Assembly (NCBI GenBank): GCA_963708025.1
Contig: CAVPSB010000012.1
Coordinates: forward strand, 160,001 to 224,000
DNA length: 64,000 nucleotides
From: an uncultured Candidatus Rokubacteria bacterium
GTDB taxonomy: Bacteria; Methylomirabilota; Methylomirabilia; Rokubacteriales; DASRDR01
Direction of reading: 5' to 3'
Below are positions 30,192-40,313 of this stretch, piece by piece; within the stretch, counting starts at the first letter, position 1; each line of letters opens with the position of its first letter. The translations under genes and the position numbers were made by a program. A model generated the notes under the pieces. That model ran no database searches. It saw only the letters and a list, made by a program, of their open reading frames with translations, and was not told the DNA's origin.

Positions 30192-31148
30192 TCACGCTCT
30201 CCGGATGGTCAGGGTCACCACCGCCCCCACCAGGAGCAGCGCTCCCAGGCTGCCGAGGGACCCCAGGCGGTCACCGAAGAAGAAGACGCCGAGGAGCGTG
30301 GCGGTGAGCGGCTCGACGAGCGAGAGCACGCCCGAGACGGCGACCGGAGTGGTCCGCATACCCACCACGTACAGGATGTACGCGACCGCCGTCGGGACGA
30401 CGCCGAGATAGGCCAGGAGTCCCCAGGCCGCGGGCCCGGCGTCGACCGGCTCGGTGGCGAGCGCGGGGGCGAGGACGACCGCGGCCACGCTGAACGTCAG
30501 CGCCGCGACGGCGAGCGGCGGCAGCCGGCCGACGAGGTCCTTGACGACCACGGCGTACAGCCCATAGAAGAAGCCGGCCCCGAGGGCCAGCAGGGCGCCG
30601 GTGGCGAAGGCGGCGGGCAGGGTCCCGGGCCCGTGGGGCCCGAGCGTCAGGAGAGCGGCCCCCGTCACGCCGGCGGCCAGCGCCGCGACCGTGGTCGCCG
30701 TCACCCGCTCGCCGAGGAGCGGCACGGCTAGCCCGATGATGAACAGCGGGGCGCTGCAGATCGCGATGAGGGCGCCGACCGCGACCGACGTCTTCGCGAC
30801 GCCCCAGAAGTAGCAGATCTGGTAGGCCCCCATCGCCACGCCGCCCGCGAGGAGGCGCCAGCGGTCGCGCGGGGCCGGCAGCCGGATCGGGCCGGCCACC
30901 GCCCACGCCGCGAGGAGCAGGCACGGCGCCGCGATCGCCATGCGAAAGAAGCCGACGAGCGGCGGCGACATAGGGGAGTGGCGGGCGACGAGCTGCATCG
31001 TCGCCCCCGTCGTCCCCCAGCTAACGGCGGCAAGCGCGATCAGCAAGACGCCGAGTCGCGACCCCGCCGCGCTCAGGGCCCGTGAAGAAACAACGGCGCC
31101 AAGACCCTCCCCTGGGTCACCCACCCGAGTGCGTGGCCGATGAGTCAA
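30192..31148 (-). CDS. DMT/EamA family transporter (start uncertain)
   Basis: About 10 TM helices; AVSWGTTG, FFRMAIA, PLLGER and SLVEPLTATLLG motifs. Confidence 0.88.
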   Translation of the reverse strand: MTHRPRTRVGDPGEGLGAVVSSRALSAAGSRLGVLLIALAAVSWGTTGATMQLVARHSPMSPPLVGFFRMAIAAPCLLLAAWAVAGPIRLPAPRDRWRLLAGGVAMGAYQICYFWGVAKTSVAVGALIAICSAPLFIIGLAVPLLGERVTATTVAALAAGVTGAALLTLGPHGPGTLPAAFATGALLALGAGFFYGLYAVVVKDLVGRLPPLAVAALTFSVAAVVLAPALATEPVDAGPAAWGLLAYLGVVPTAVAYILYVVGMRTTPVAVSGVLSLVEPLTATLLGVFFFGDRLGSLGSLGALLLVGAVVTLTIRRA

Positions 31149-31158
31149 GTTCTCGGGG

Positions 31159-31280
31159 CGCGGGGCCGAGGAGCGAGCAGCGCTAGGACGCAGGGAGTCG
31201 CCGACCGCAGGCGTACTCCGAGTACGCCGAGGATCGGCGACGACCGAGGACGACGCGATGCGAAGCTCATCGGCCCCGCG
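31159..31280. repeat. Dispersed structured repeat family B
   Basis: Terminal IR CGCGGGGCCGA/TCGGCCCCGCG, internal hairpin GGCGTACTCCGAGTACGCC, core shared with 47480-47605. Confidence 0.8.
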
Positions 31281-34200
31281 GGCGGGGGCCTGGATAGCCG
31301 TCGCACGTGAGCCGCTCCCCGTCGCCGTGGAAGCCGGCGTCGGCCAGCGCCTCGAGCCAGCCCGAGGCGAGCGCCGGCTGGTCCTCGACGCTCTCCACCG
31401 TGAGCCGGCGGCCCCGCCGGCCGGCCACGAGCGCGGCCAGCGCGTCCCGGCGCGCGTCGGCGGCCAGGTCGGCGGTCGCCCAGAGCCGGGTCCCCTCGAG
31501 CCCCAGGAGCGGCTGCCCGCCGCGTAGGACGACCAGGTGGCCCGGGTGGCGAACGAGGCGCGGCTCGGGGAAGGCGGCGCCGTAGCCGAGGGCTGGATCG
31601 ACGGCGGAGAGCACGAGGAGGCGCGTGTCGGGGCGGCGCCGGACCTCCCGGAGGTGATCCACCGCCGCCGGTAAGCCATATTGCTCGCCCGAGGCCGGCT
31701 GGACGAAGACGCCGCGGCGGACCGTCCCCGCGTACTCGCGCCGGCGGTAGACCGCCACCAGCTCCCGCCACGGTGGCGCGTCCTCCTCCATCCGCGCCAG
31801 CTCGCGGAAGACGATGCCGTACCGCGCCAGGAGCAGGTCGGCCCACGCCTCCGCCCGCGCCTCGCCGTCCGCGGCGCCGGGCGGCAGCAGCGACCAGCGC
31901 CCGGGCAGGGTCCGGAGGGTGACCCGCAGGCGCAGCGCCGAGCGACTCGGCCGCGCCTCGCCGGCCCGGGCGTGCCGCAGTCCCTGGCGGCCCTCGAGCG
32001 AGCCGAGCAGCCGCACCGCCTGGAAGCCATCACTCGTCACGAGGCCGGCCCGGACCAGCTCCCAGAGCGCGGCCAGGACGTCAGCTGGCTCACGCGCGAG
32101 GAGTCGCGCCAGCTCGTCCACGAACAGGGCGCCCCGGCTCTCCAGGGCGGCGAGCGCTGCCCGCGCGGGGCCGTCCAGCGCCTCGAGCGTGGACGTGCCA
32201 TCCGGCGGCGGCTGGCGGAGCCAGCCCGCGTCCGCGCGGGCGAGGAACGCCACCGGGGGCGGGCCGCCCGGTCGCGCCGCGGCCGGCTCGCTCGCGCGCG
32301 CCCACGGCGCCAGGCGACCCCAGAGAAACGCGCCCGACAGCGTGAGCTGGTCGAGGAGCTCCGGCCGGTAGTCCGCGATCCGCACCGCGAGGATGTCCCG
32401 CTCCCACCCGAAGGCCGGGCGCTCGAGCCCCTGGAGCTGGGCCAGCACCTCCTGGAGCCCGCCGACGCCGTGGAGGCGCGCGTCGGGGCCGGCCCGCTGC
32501 CAGCGGCAGAGGAAGTCGGTGAACTCCGCCGGGCCCACCGGCTCGATCTCGGCGCGCAGCCGGCTGAGCGTCAGGCGGTGGATCCGGTCGAGCACCGTCC
32601 GCTCGCACCACTGCTCGGCCGGCCCCCGGGGATCGTAGCGGCCCCGGAAGACGACGCCCTCCGCCTCGAGGGCGGCCAGGGCCTGGACGACGGCCTCGGT
32701 CGGGAGCGCGAGCGCCGCCGCCAGGTCGGCGACGCCCACCGGTCCGGCGTGGCGCAACCGGCGCCGGCACAGCTCGCGTCGCGCCGTCTCGGGCTCCCAC
32801 GCCTCGGCCGCCAGCGCCGCCGGGAGCGTCACCCCGGGCGCCTCCGCCAGCTCGGGGTAGGCCGCCCGGCAGAGTGGCAACGTCTCGACGGCGATCCACA
32901 CGGGAGCGCCGCTGCCGCGATCGGTGCGTGTCACGCGGCCCTCGGCAGCGAGGCGGACGAGGAGCGGCGCCGGGTCGCCGGCCACGCGGAACGCCAGCTC
33001 GGCGTCCGTCTGGGGCCCGGCGTCCTTCAGCGCCTCGCACAGCTCGTCGGCGTCGCGCGCCTGGGTGGCCGGCGTCCGCCCGCCCACCTCCTCGGCGACG
33101 CGCGCGATCGCCTCCGGGTCGAGCACGCCCGCCAGCCGGTCCCCGGGCGCCACCTCCTGGAGGAGGCCGCGGTGCGACTGGACCGTCCGGCTCCGCCGCT
33201 CCTCCCGCGGCGCGTCATCGATGAAGCTGTAGTCCCACGCGGCCAGGATCTGGTGAGCGAACGGGGAGGGCGCCGGCACCTCCCGGCTCACGGTGCGGAT
33301 CGTCCCCAGCCGGATCCCTTCCAGCACCGCGACCAGCCGGCGGAGGTCCAGGGCGTCCTCGAGGCACTCCCGGAGCGTCTCGTGGACCAGCGGGTGATCG
33401 GGGATCGGGACGTCGAGGTCAGCCGGCCGGTTGTCCAGGCACGCCTGCTGCTCGGGGAAGCAGGCGGCGAGGAGATCCGTCGCGCGGAGCTTCTGGAGGT
33501 ACGCCGGGACCCGCCGCCCCCCGGCGTGGCGCAGGAGGACGAGCGCGCGGACGGCCGCCTGGCGGAAGCGGGCCTCGAAGAGCGGCGACTGGAGGACGGC
33601 CTGGACCAGCGTCTCCCGCACCGTCGCCGGGTGAAGGTACGACCAGATCGTCTCCAGCGGGAAGGCGTGGCGCGGGCCGAAGGCGAGCAGGACGGCGTCG
33701 TCGGTGGCGGAGGACTGGATCTCGAAGTTGAACGTCCGGCATACCCGCTTGGAGAGGGCCAGACCCCAGGCGCGGTTCACCCGCATCCCGTACGGCGCGT
33801 GGAGGACCACCTGCGTCCCGCCCAGGCTGTCGAAGAAGCGCTCGGCGAGCAGCTCGGTGTCGGTCGGCACGACCCCGACCGCCGCCTGCTGCCGGGCCAC
33901 GTACTCCACCACCTGTCGCGCGGCGTCGGGCTCGACGGCGGCCTCCGCCGCGAGCCACCGGGCGGCCGCCTCGGGCTCGGCGAGGCGCGCGGCGATCTCG
34001 GAGCGGAGCCGGGCCACCCCGGCCGAGAGCTCGGCCGTACGCCCGGGGGCCTCGCCGTGCCAGAAGGGGATCGTCGGGGGCAGCCCCGCCGCGGACTCCA
34101 CGACCATCCGGCCCCGCTGGACCCGCACGATCCGCCAGGGGCTGTTCCCCAGCGTGAAGATGTCCCCTCGCATGGACTCCTGGGCGAAGTCCTCGTTCAC

Positions 34201-35758
34201 CTGGCCGAGGACGAGCCCCTCCGGCTCCAGCACCACGTCGTAGTCCGTCGTGTCGGGGATCGTCCCTCCCGAGGTGATGGCAGCCAGCCGCGCCCCCCGG
34301 CGGCCACGGACCCGACCCTGGATCGTGTCCCAGTGGATGCGCGGCGCCACGCCCCGCGGCTCGGTGGGCAGCCGCTCGGCCTCCATCCGGAGCACGCCGT
34401 CGAACGCGGCGCGGTCGAGGTCCCGGTAGGGCGGCGTGCGGCGGACCAGGTCGAAGAGCCGGTCGGCTTCCCACTCGGTGTCGGCGCAGGCTGCCACCAC
34501 CTGCTGGGCGAGCACGTCGAGCGGGCCCCGGGGGATCTCGACCCGGTCGAGCCGTCCCGCCCGGATCTCGCGGACGAGCGCGGCGCACTCCAGCACGTCG
34601 TCGCGGGTGAGCGCGAAGAGCCGCCCCCGCGGCGTGGCCCCGAGCCAGTGCCCCGAGCGCCCGACGCGCTGGACGGCGGTGGCGACGGCGCGCGGCGACT
34701 CCACCTGGCAGACGCACTCGATGGCACCGACGTCGATGCCCAGCTCGAGCGAGCCGGTCGCGACGATCGCCCGGATCTCCCCGGCCTTCAGGCGCGCCTC
34801 CGCCTCCAGGCGCCGCTTCCGCGACAGCGAGCCGTGATGGGCGGCCACCATGTCCGGGCCGAGCCGCTCGGTCAGGCGGACCGCCAGCCGCTCGGCGAGG
34901 CGGCGGCTGTTGGCGAAGACGAGCGTCGTGCGGTGCTGCTGGATGATGGCGGCCAGCTGCGCGTAGGTGGCGTCCCAGACGGCGTTCGTCGCCACCGCCC
35001 CCAGGTCGCGGGTGGGCGCGACGACCTGGAGGTCGAGCGCCCGGCGGCGGCCGACGTCGACCACCCGGCAGGGGCGCGGGGGACCGCCCGGCGTCTCCAG
35101 GCCCGTGAGGAGCTCCGCGATCTCCCCGACCGGCTCGACGGTCGCCGACAGGCCGATCCGCACGGGCGGCGCGGCGGCGAGGTCGGCCAGCCGCTCGAGG
35201 GTCACCGCCAGGTGGACGCCGCGCTTGGTGCCGGCCACGGCGTGGATCTCGTCGACGATCACGAAGCGCACCGCGGCCAGCGCCCGGCGCATCCGCTCCG
35301 AGGCCAGGAGGATGAAGAGGGACTCCGGCGTGGTGATCAGGATGTGCGGCGGCCGGCGTCCCATCGCGGCGCGATCGGGCGCGGGCGTGTCCCCGGTCCG
35401 CACGGCCGCCCGCAGCTCCGGCAGCTCGAGTCCGAGCTCCCGGGCCGCCTCCCGGATGCCGGCCAGGGGCTCGGCCAGGTTCCGGTGGATGTCGTTGTTC
35501 AGCGCCTTGAGCGGCGAGACGTAGACGACGTCGATGCGGTCGGCGAGCCGCGCCGGCCGCCGCGTCCTGGACGAGGGCGTCCAGGGCCCAGAGGAACGCG
35601 GCCAGCGTCTTGCCGGAGCCGGTGGGCGCGGTGATCAGCGTGTGGTGTCCCGCCCCGATGGCCGGCCAGCCGTGGCGCTGGGGCTCGGTGGGCCCCGGGA
35701 AGCGACGGCTGAACCAGGCGCGGACGGCGGGATGGAAGCGCTCGAGTACGGGATCCAT
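31267..35758 (-). CDS. lhr: Lhr-family ATP-dependent helicase (long form, ~1490 aa); frameshift near 35551
   Basis: [21 protein letters not shown] after a 1-nt shift, [31 protein letters not shown], plus the long C-terminal region. Confidence 0.92.
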
Positions 35759-35771
35759 CACGGCTCGGGTC

Positions 35772-35824
35772 ATTGTACCAGCGTCGGCCGAGCCCTTGAC
35801 TCGCTGCCGCCTCCCGCCTAGCAT
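35772..35824. promoter_or_regulatory. Divergent sigma-70-like promoters for lhr and the coxS-like gene
   Basis: Minus strand: TGgTACAAT (35780-35772). Plus strand: TTGACT-N17-TAGCAT (35796-35824). Confidence 0.55.
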
Positions 35825-35858
35825 CCCGCCAGGGGTGGACGGGGTTCCAAAACCAGAC

Positions 35859-36359
35859 ATGATCGATGGATTCCAGCTGACCGTCCGCCTGAGGGTGAAC
35901 GGCCGCGACTACTCGGAGGTCGTGCCGCCACGGTTGCTCCTGTCGGATTTTCTCCGGGAGCGCCTGGGCCTCACCGGCACCCACGTCGGCTGCGAGCACG
36001 GGGTCTGCGGCGCCTGCACGGTGCTGCTCGACGGCGACCCCGTCCGCTCCTGCCTGATGTTCGCGGTGCAGGTGGACGGCGCGGCGATCACGACCGTGGA
36101 GGGGCTGGCGCCGGACGGCGAGCGGCTGCATCCGGTGCAGCAGGCGTTCCGCCAGGAGCACGGGCTCCAGTGCGGCTTCTGCACGCCGGGCATCTGCTGA
36201 CCACGGTCGCCCTCCTGCGCGAGACACCCCGAGCCGAGCGACGAGGCGATCCGGACCGGCCTGGCCGGGAACCTCTGCCGCTGCACCGGCTACCAGAACA
36301 TCGTGCGGGCCGTGCGTCGGGCCAGCCAGCTCCTGGCGGGCGAGGCCAAGCGGCCGTGA
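35859..36359 (+). pseudogene. CoxS/CutS-like [2Fe-2S] subunit, frameshifted
   Basis: [24 protein letters not shown] and GNLCRCTGY are spread over different frames (shifts near 36195 and 36240). Confidence 0.85.
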
Positions 36360-38780
36360 CCACGCGGTAGATCGGGGCGCCGATCCCGCGCAACGAGGAC
36401 CCGCGCCTCCTGCGGGGGCTCGGCCGCTACGTCGACGACCTGAACCCGCCCGGGGTGCTCCACGCCGCCGGGCTGCGCAGCCCCCACGCCCACGCCCGCA
36501 TCGTCTCCATCGACGTCGACGCGAGCCCGCGCCGCGCCTGGCGTCCACCTGGTCCTCACCGCCGCCGACCTCGGCGCCGCTCAACCAGCCGATGCCGCTC
36601 CTGATCCCGCACCCGGGCCTGACCGAGCCGCGCACCCAGCACCCGCTGGCGGCGGACGAGGTCCGCTACGTCGGGGAGGCGGTCGCCTTCGTCGTGGCCG
36701 AGGACCGCTACGTCGCCGAGGACGCCGCCGGGCAGATCGAGGTCGAGTACGAGCCGCTGCCCGCGGTCATCGATCTGGAGGCCGCCCTGGCCGAGGGCAG
36801 CCCGCGCGTGCACGCCGACGTCCCGGACAACCTCGCCGCGCGCCTGGTCCAGCGCGTGGGCGACGCCGGACCAGGCCTTCGCGCGCGCGGCCGCACGTCT
36901 TCCGCGAGCGGCTCTGCGATCGAGCGGAGCGGGGGCAGCCCCATCGAGACCCGAGGCGTGGTGGCGGAGTACGACCCGCGGACCGGCGCGCTGCGAGCCT
37001 GGATCGCCGACCCAGGCGCCGCTGCCGATCAAGAACGGGCTCGCCCGCCTCTTCGGGCTCCCGGAGTTCAAGGTCGAGGTCATCGCCCCCGACGTCGGCG
37101 GCGGCTTCGGCACGAAGATCATGCTCTTCTATCCGGAGGAGATCCTGGTCCCAGCGGCCGCCATCCGGCTGGGTCGGCCGGTGAAGTGGATCGAGGACCG
37201 GATGCGAGCACCTGGCCAGCGCCAGCCAGGAGCGCGGCCAGCTCCACGAGGCCGAGGTGGCGACCGACGCGGCCGGCCGGATCCTCGCCGTCCGCGACCG
37301 GTTCCTCCACGACACCGGCGCCTACACGCCATACGGCATCGTCGTCCCGCTCATCACCGCGACCCAGCTCCCCGGCCCCTACCGGCTCCGGCACTACCAC
37401 GTCGAGTTCGACGTCGTGTACACGAACAAGGTCATGGTGACCCCGTACCGGGGCGCCGGCCGGCCGCACGGCTGTCTTCGTGATGGAGCGGCTGATCGGG
37501 CGCATCGCGCGGCGAGCTCGGGCTCGAGCCGGCCGAGGTGCGCCGCCGGAACTTCATCCAGCCCGACGAGTTCCCGTGCGACGTGGGCCTGACCTTCCAG
37601 GACGGCGGGCCGACCCGCTACGACAGCGGGGACTACCCGGCCGGGCTCGAGCAGGCGCTGGCCCTGATCGGCTCGGCGACTTCCGGGCCCGGCAGGCGGC
37701 GGCCCGGGCCGAGGGCCGCTACCTCGGCCTCGGCATCGGGTGCTACGTGGAGGGGACCGGCGTCGGGCCCTACGAGGGGGCCCACGTGCGCGTGGAGCCG
37801 AGCGGCCAGGTGTACGTCGCGACCGGGCTCACGACCCAGGGGCAGGGGCACCCGACGATCTTCGCCCAGATCGCGGCGGAGGCCCTCGGCTGCGACCCGG
37901 CCGACGTCACGGTCGTCACCGGCGACACGAGCCGCTTCAACTGGGGTGCCGGCACGTTCGCGAGCCGCGCGCTCGTGACCGCCGGCAACGCCGTCGGGAT
38001 CGCGGCGGCCAAGGTCCAGAGAAGGCGCTGCGGCTGGCCGCCGAGCTCCTGGAGGCCGCGCCGCACGACCTCGAGCTGGCCGGCGGCGCCGTCCGGGTCA
38101 AGGGCGCGCCGAGCCGCCGGCTGGCGCTCGGCGCGCTGGCGACGGTGGCCAACCCGATCCGCTACGCCTACGGCAAGGAGGCGGCCGAGGCGGCGCTCCG
38201 GCTCGTCGAAGCCGCGCCAGGGCGCCGTCCTCGCGGCGGGCGAGGAGCCGGGCTCGAGGCCCACGGCTACTACTCGCCGCCCCAGGCCACGTTCGCCAGC
38301 GGCTGTCACGCCGCGATCGTCGAGGTCGACGTGGAGACCGGGGAGGTGCGGTTCGTCAGGTACGTCGTCCAGCACGACTGCGGGACGGTGGTCAACCCGA
38401 CGATCGTGGAGGGACAGGTCCACGGCGGGGTCGCCCAGGGGATCGGCGGGGCGCTCTACGAGCGGATGGTCTACGACGCGAGCGGCCAGCTCCTCTCCGG
38501 GAGCTTCATGGACTTCCTGATCCCCACCGCCATGGAGGTGCCCGACATCGAGATCGCGCATCTCGAGACGCCGTCGCCGCTGAACCCGCTCGGCGTCAAG
38601 GGGGTGGGGGAGGCCGGCGCGATCCCCGTGCCCGCCCTGGTGGCCGAGGCCATCGACGACGCCCTCGCCCCCTTCGGCGTCCGGGTCCGCGAGATGCCGC
38701 TCGCCCCGCCCCGGATTCTCGAGCTGATCCGGGAAGGCCGCGCCCGGGGAGGCGCCGCCGGGTCCGGCCCGGCGCGGTAG
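36356..38780 (+). pseudogene. Xanthine dehydrogenase/CoxL form II-like Mo subunit with an in-frame TAG and many frameshifts
   Basis: MTTR*IGAPIPRNEDPRLLRG; DVGGGFGTK; PYRGAGRP; QGQGH; HDCGTVVNP; GVKGVGEAG, distributed across frames. Confidence 0.85.
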
Positions 38781-38847
38781 TATGTCCGAGTATCCCGGGT
38801 CTGCGCCGGCCTATTCTCGATGAGGGACCCCATGGAGGATCGCTTGA

Positions 38848-38876
38848 TTGACCCCTGGATGCCCTCGCGGTAGTCT
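38848..38876 (+). promoter_or_regulatory. Sigma-70-like promoter of the DUF433 operon (probably leaderless)
   Basis: TTGACC-N17-TAGTCT, 7 nt before GTG 38884. Confidence 0.6.
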
Positions 38877-38883
38877 TGACCCC

Positions 38884-39111
38884 GTGAACTATCGACAGCT
38901 GATCACCATCGAGCCCGGCAAGCGCGGAGGCAAGCCGTGCATTCGCGGCCTGCGCATCACGGTCTACGACGTCCTCGAATACCTGGCCTCCGGCATGTCG
39001 GAGGCCGAGATCCTGCACGACTTTCCTGACCTCACGGCCGAGGACATCCGAGCCTGCCTCGCATTCGCCGCTGACCGAGAGCGCAGGATCGTCTGCGCTC
39101 CTCCGGAGTGA
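38884..39111 (+). CDS. DUF433 antitoxin
   Basis: ITIEPGKRGGKPCIRGLRITVYDVLEYLASGMSEAEILHDFPDLTAEDIRACL. Confidence 0.92.
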   Translation: MNYRQLITIEPGKRGGKPCIRGLRITVYDVLEYLASGMSEAEILHDFPDLTAEDIRACLAFAADRERRIVCAPPE

Positions 39112-39338
39112 AGCTCCTCTTCGACCAGAACCTCGCACCACGGCTGGCGGACGCCCTGGCGGACCTGTACCCCGGCTCGACCCATGTCCGTGAGGTTCGG
39201 CTGCAGGCGGCGGACGACGACTCCGTATGGACCTATGCCGCCAGACGCGGCTTCGCCATCGTCTCGAAGGACGCGGACTTCCGTCAACGGAGCTTCGTGT
39301 TGGGACATCCTCCTAAGGTGGTCTGGATCCGGCGCGGC
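39108..39338 (+). pseudogene. DUF5615 PIN-like toxin, C-terminally truncated
   Basis: MKLLFDQNL...IVSKDADF...GHPPKVVWIRRG, after which the ORF runs into the antisense of the cyclase remnant. Confidence 0.8.
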
Positions 39339-40220
39339 GAGGGCCCGATCCAGGGAGAACAGCTTGCCTGTGACCTTCTCGCGGACCTTGCGCGCGTCAT
39401 CGCGCGCCTCGATCTGAAAGTAGGTCCGAAGCAGGTCGATGAGCGGCAGGAACGCGGTCACCTTCCCGTAGGAGACGGAGCTGCTCTCGACGATCACCCA
39501 GCCCTGGGTGCGGTGCGAGTGGGTGAACTCCCAGAAGAGGCGCGACTTGCCGACGCCGGGGTCGCCGACGACGGCCACCACCTGACCGTGCCCGGTGCGG
39601 GCCCGCTCCAGGGCCTGCCGGAGCTGGTCCAGCTCCGGGTCACGCCCCACGAAGCGGGTGAGCCCCGGGCGGCGGCCGCCTGGAGCCGCGAGCGCACGGT
39701 GGTGGCCCCGACGACCTCGTAGACCTCGATCGGGGCCGGGAGCCCTTTGATCGGCAGCGGGCCGAGCGGCTTGACGTGCACATACCCTTCGGCGAGGCTC
39801 AGGGTGTCGGCGGGCATCATGATCGACCCGGGCACTGCCAGCTGTTCCATGCGCGCGGCGAGGTGAGTGGTCTGGCCGACGGCGGTGTAGTCCATGTGGA
39901 GGTCGCTTCCGATGGACCGGACGACGACCTCGCCGGAGTTCAGGCCCACCCGGATCTGGAGCGGGATGCCCTCGCTCCGCCGGATGCCCCCGGCGTACTG
40001 CCGCACGGCGTCCTGCATCCGCAAGGCGGCGTAGCACGCGCGCACGGCGTGATCCTCGTGGGCGAGGGGGCGCCGAAGAGGGCCATGATCCCGTCCCCCA
40101 TCACCTGGTTCACGGTGCCCTCGTAGCGGTGAACCGCTTCCATCATCCGCTCGAGCACCGGGTCCAGGAGCCTCCTGGCCTCCTCGGGGTCGCGGTCGGC
40201 GAGGAGCTCCATGGAGCCCT
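39339..40220 (-). pseudogene. Class III adenylate/guanylate cyclase-AAA ATPase fragment, truncated at both ends with 2 frameshifts
   Basis: SMELLADRDPEEA, MGDGIMALFGAP, RVGLNSGEVVV, GQTTHLAARMEQ, FVGR and GDPGVGKSRL; lacks the first catalytic Asp strand and the C-terminus. Confidence 0.85.
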
Positions 40221-40313
40221 CCGGAACGGGGGCCCCTCCCGGGACGCACGCTCAAGCCCACCGGGGCCCGAGGTGTACTACCATGGCTTCACCGGCTGGA
40301 GGGCGCGGGCCGG

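Noticed and set aside
4084-35634. Very long antisense or shadow ORFs (e.g. 4084-7530, 6633-10448, 31681-35634)
   Set aside because: They overlap well-supported genes, lack motifs, and are expected at this GC content.
18076-36370. Selenocysteine or pyrrolysine recoding at TGA 18076 and TAG 36368
   Set aside because: Context points to Trp and Tyr codons one substitution away. No SECIS hairpin was recognised and the window is error-rich.
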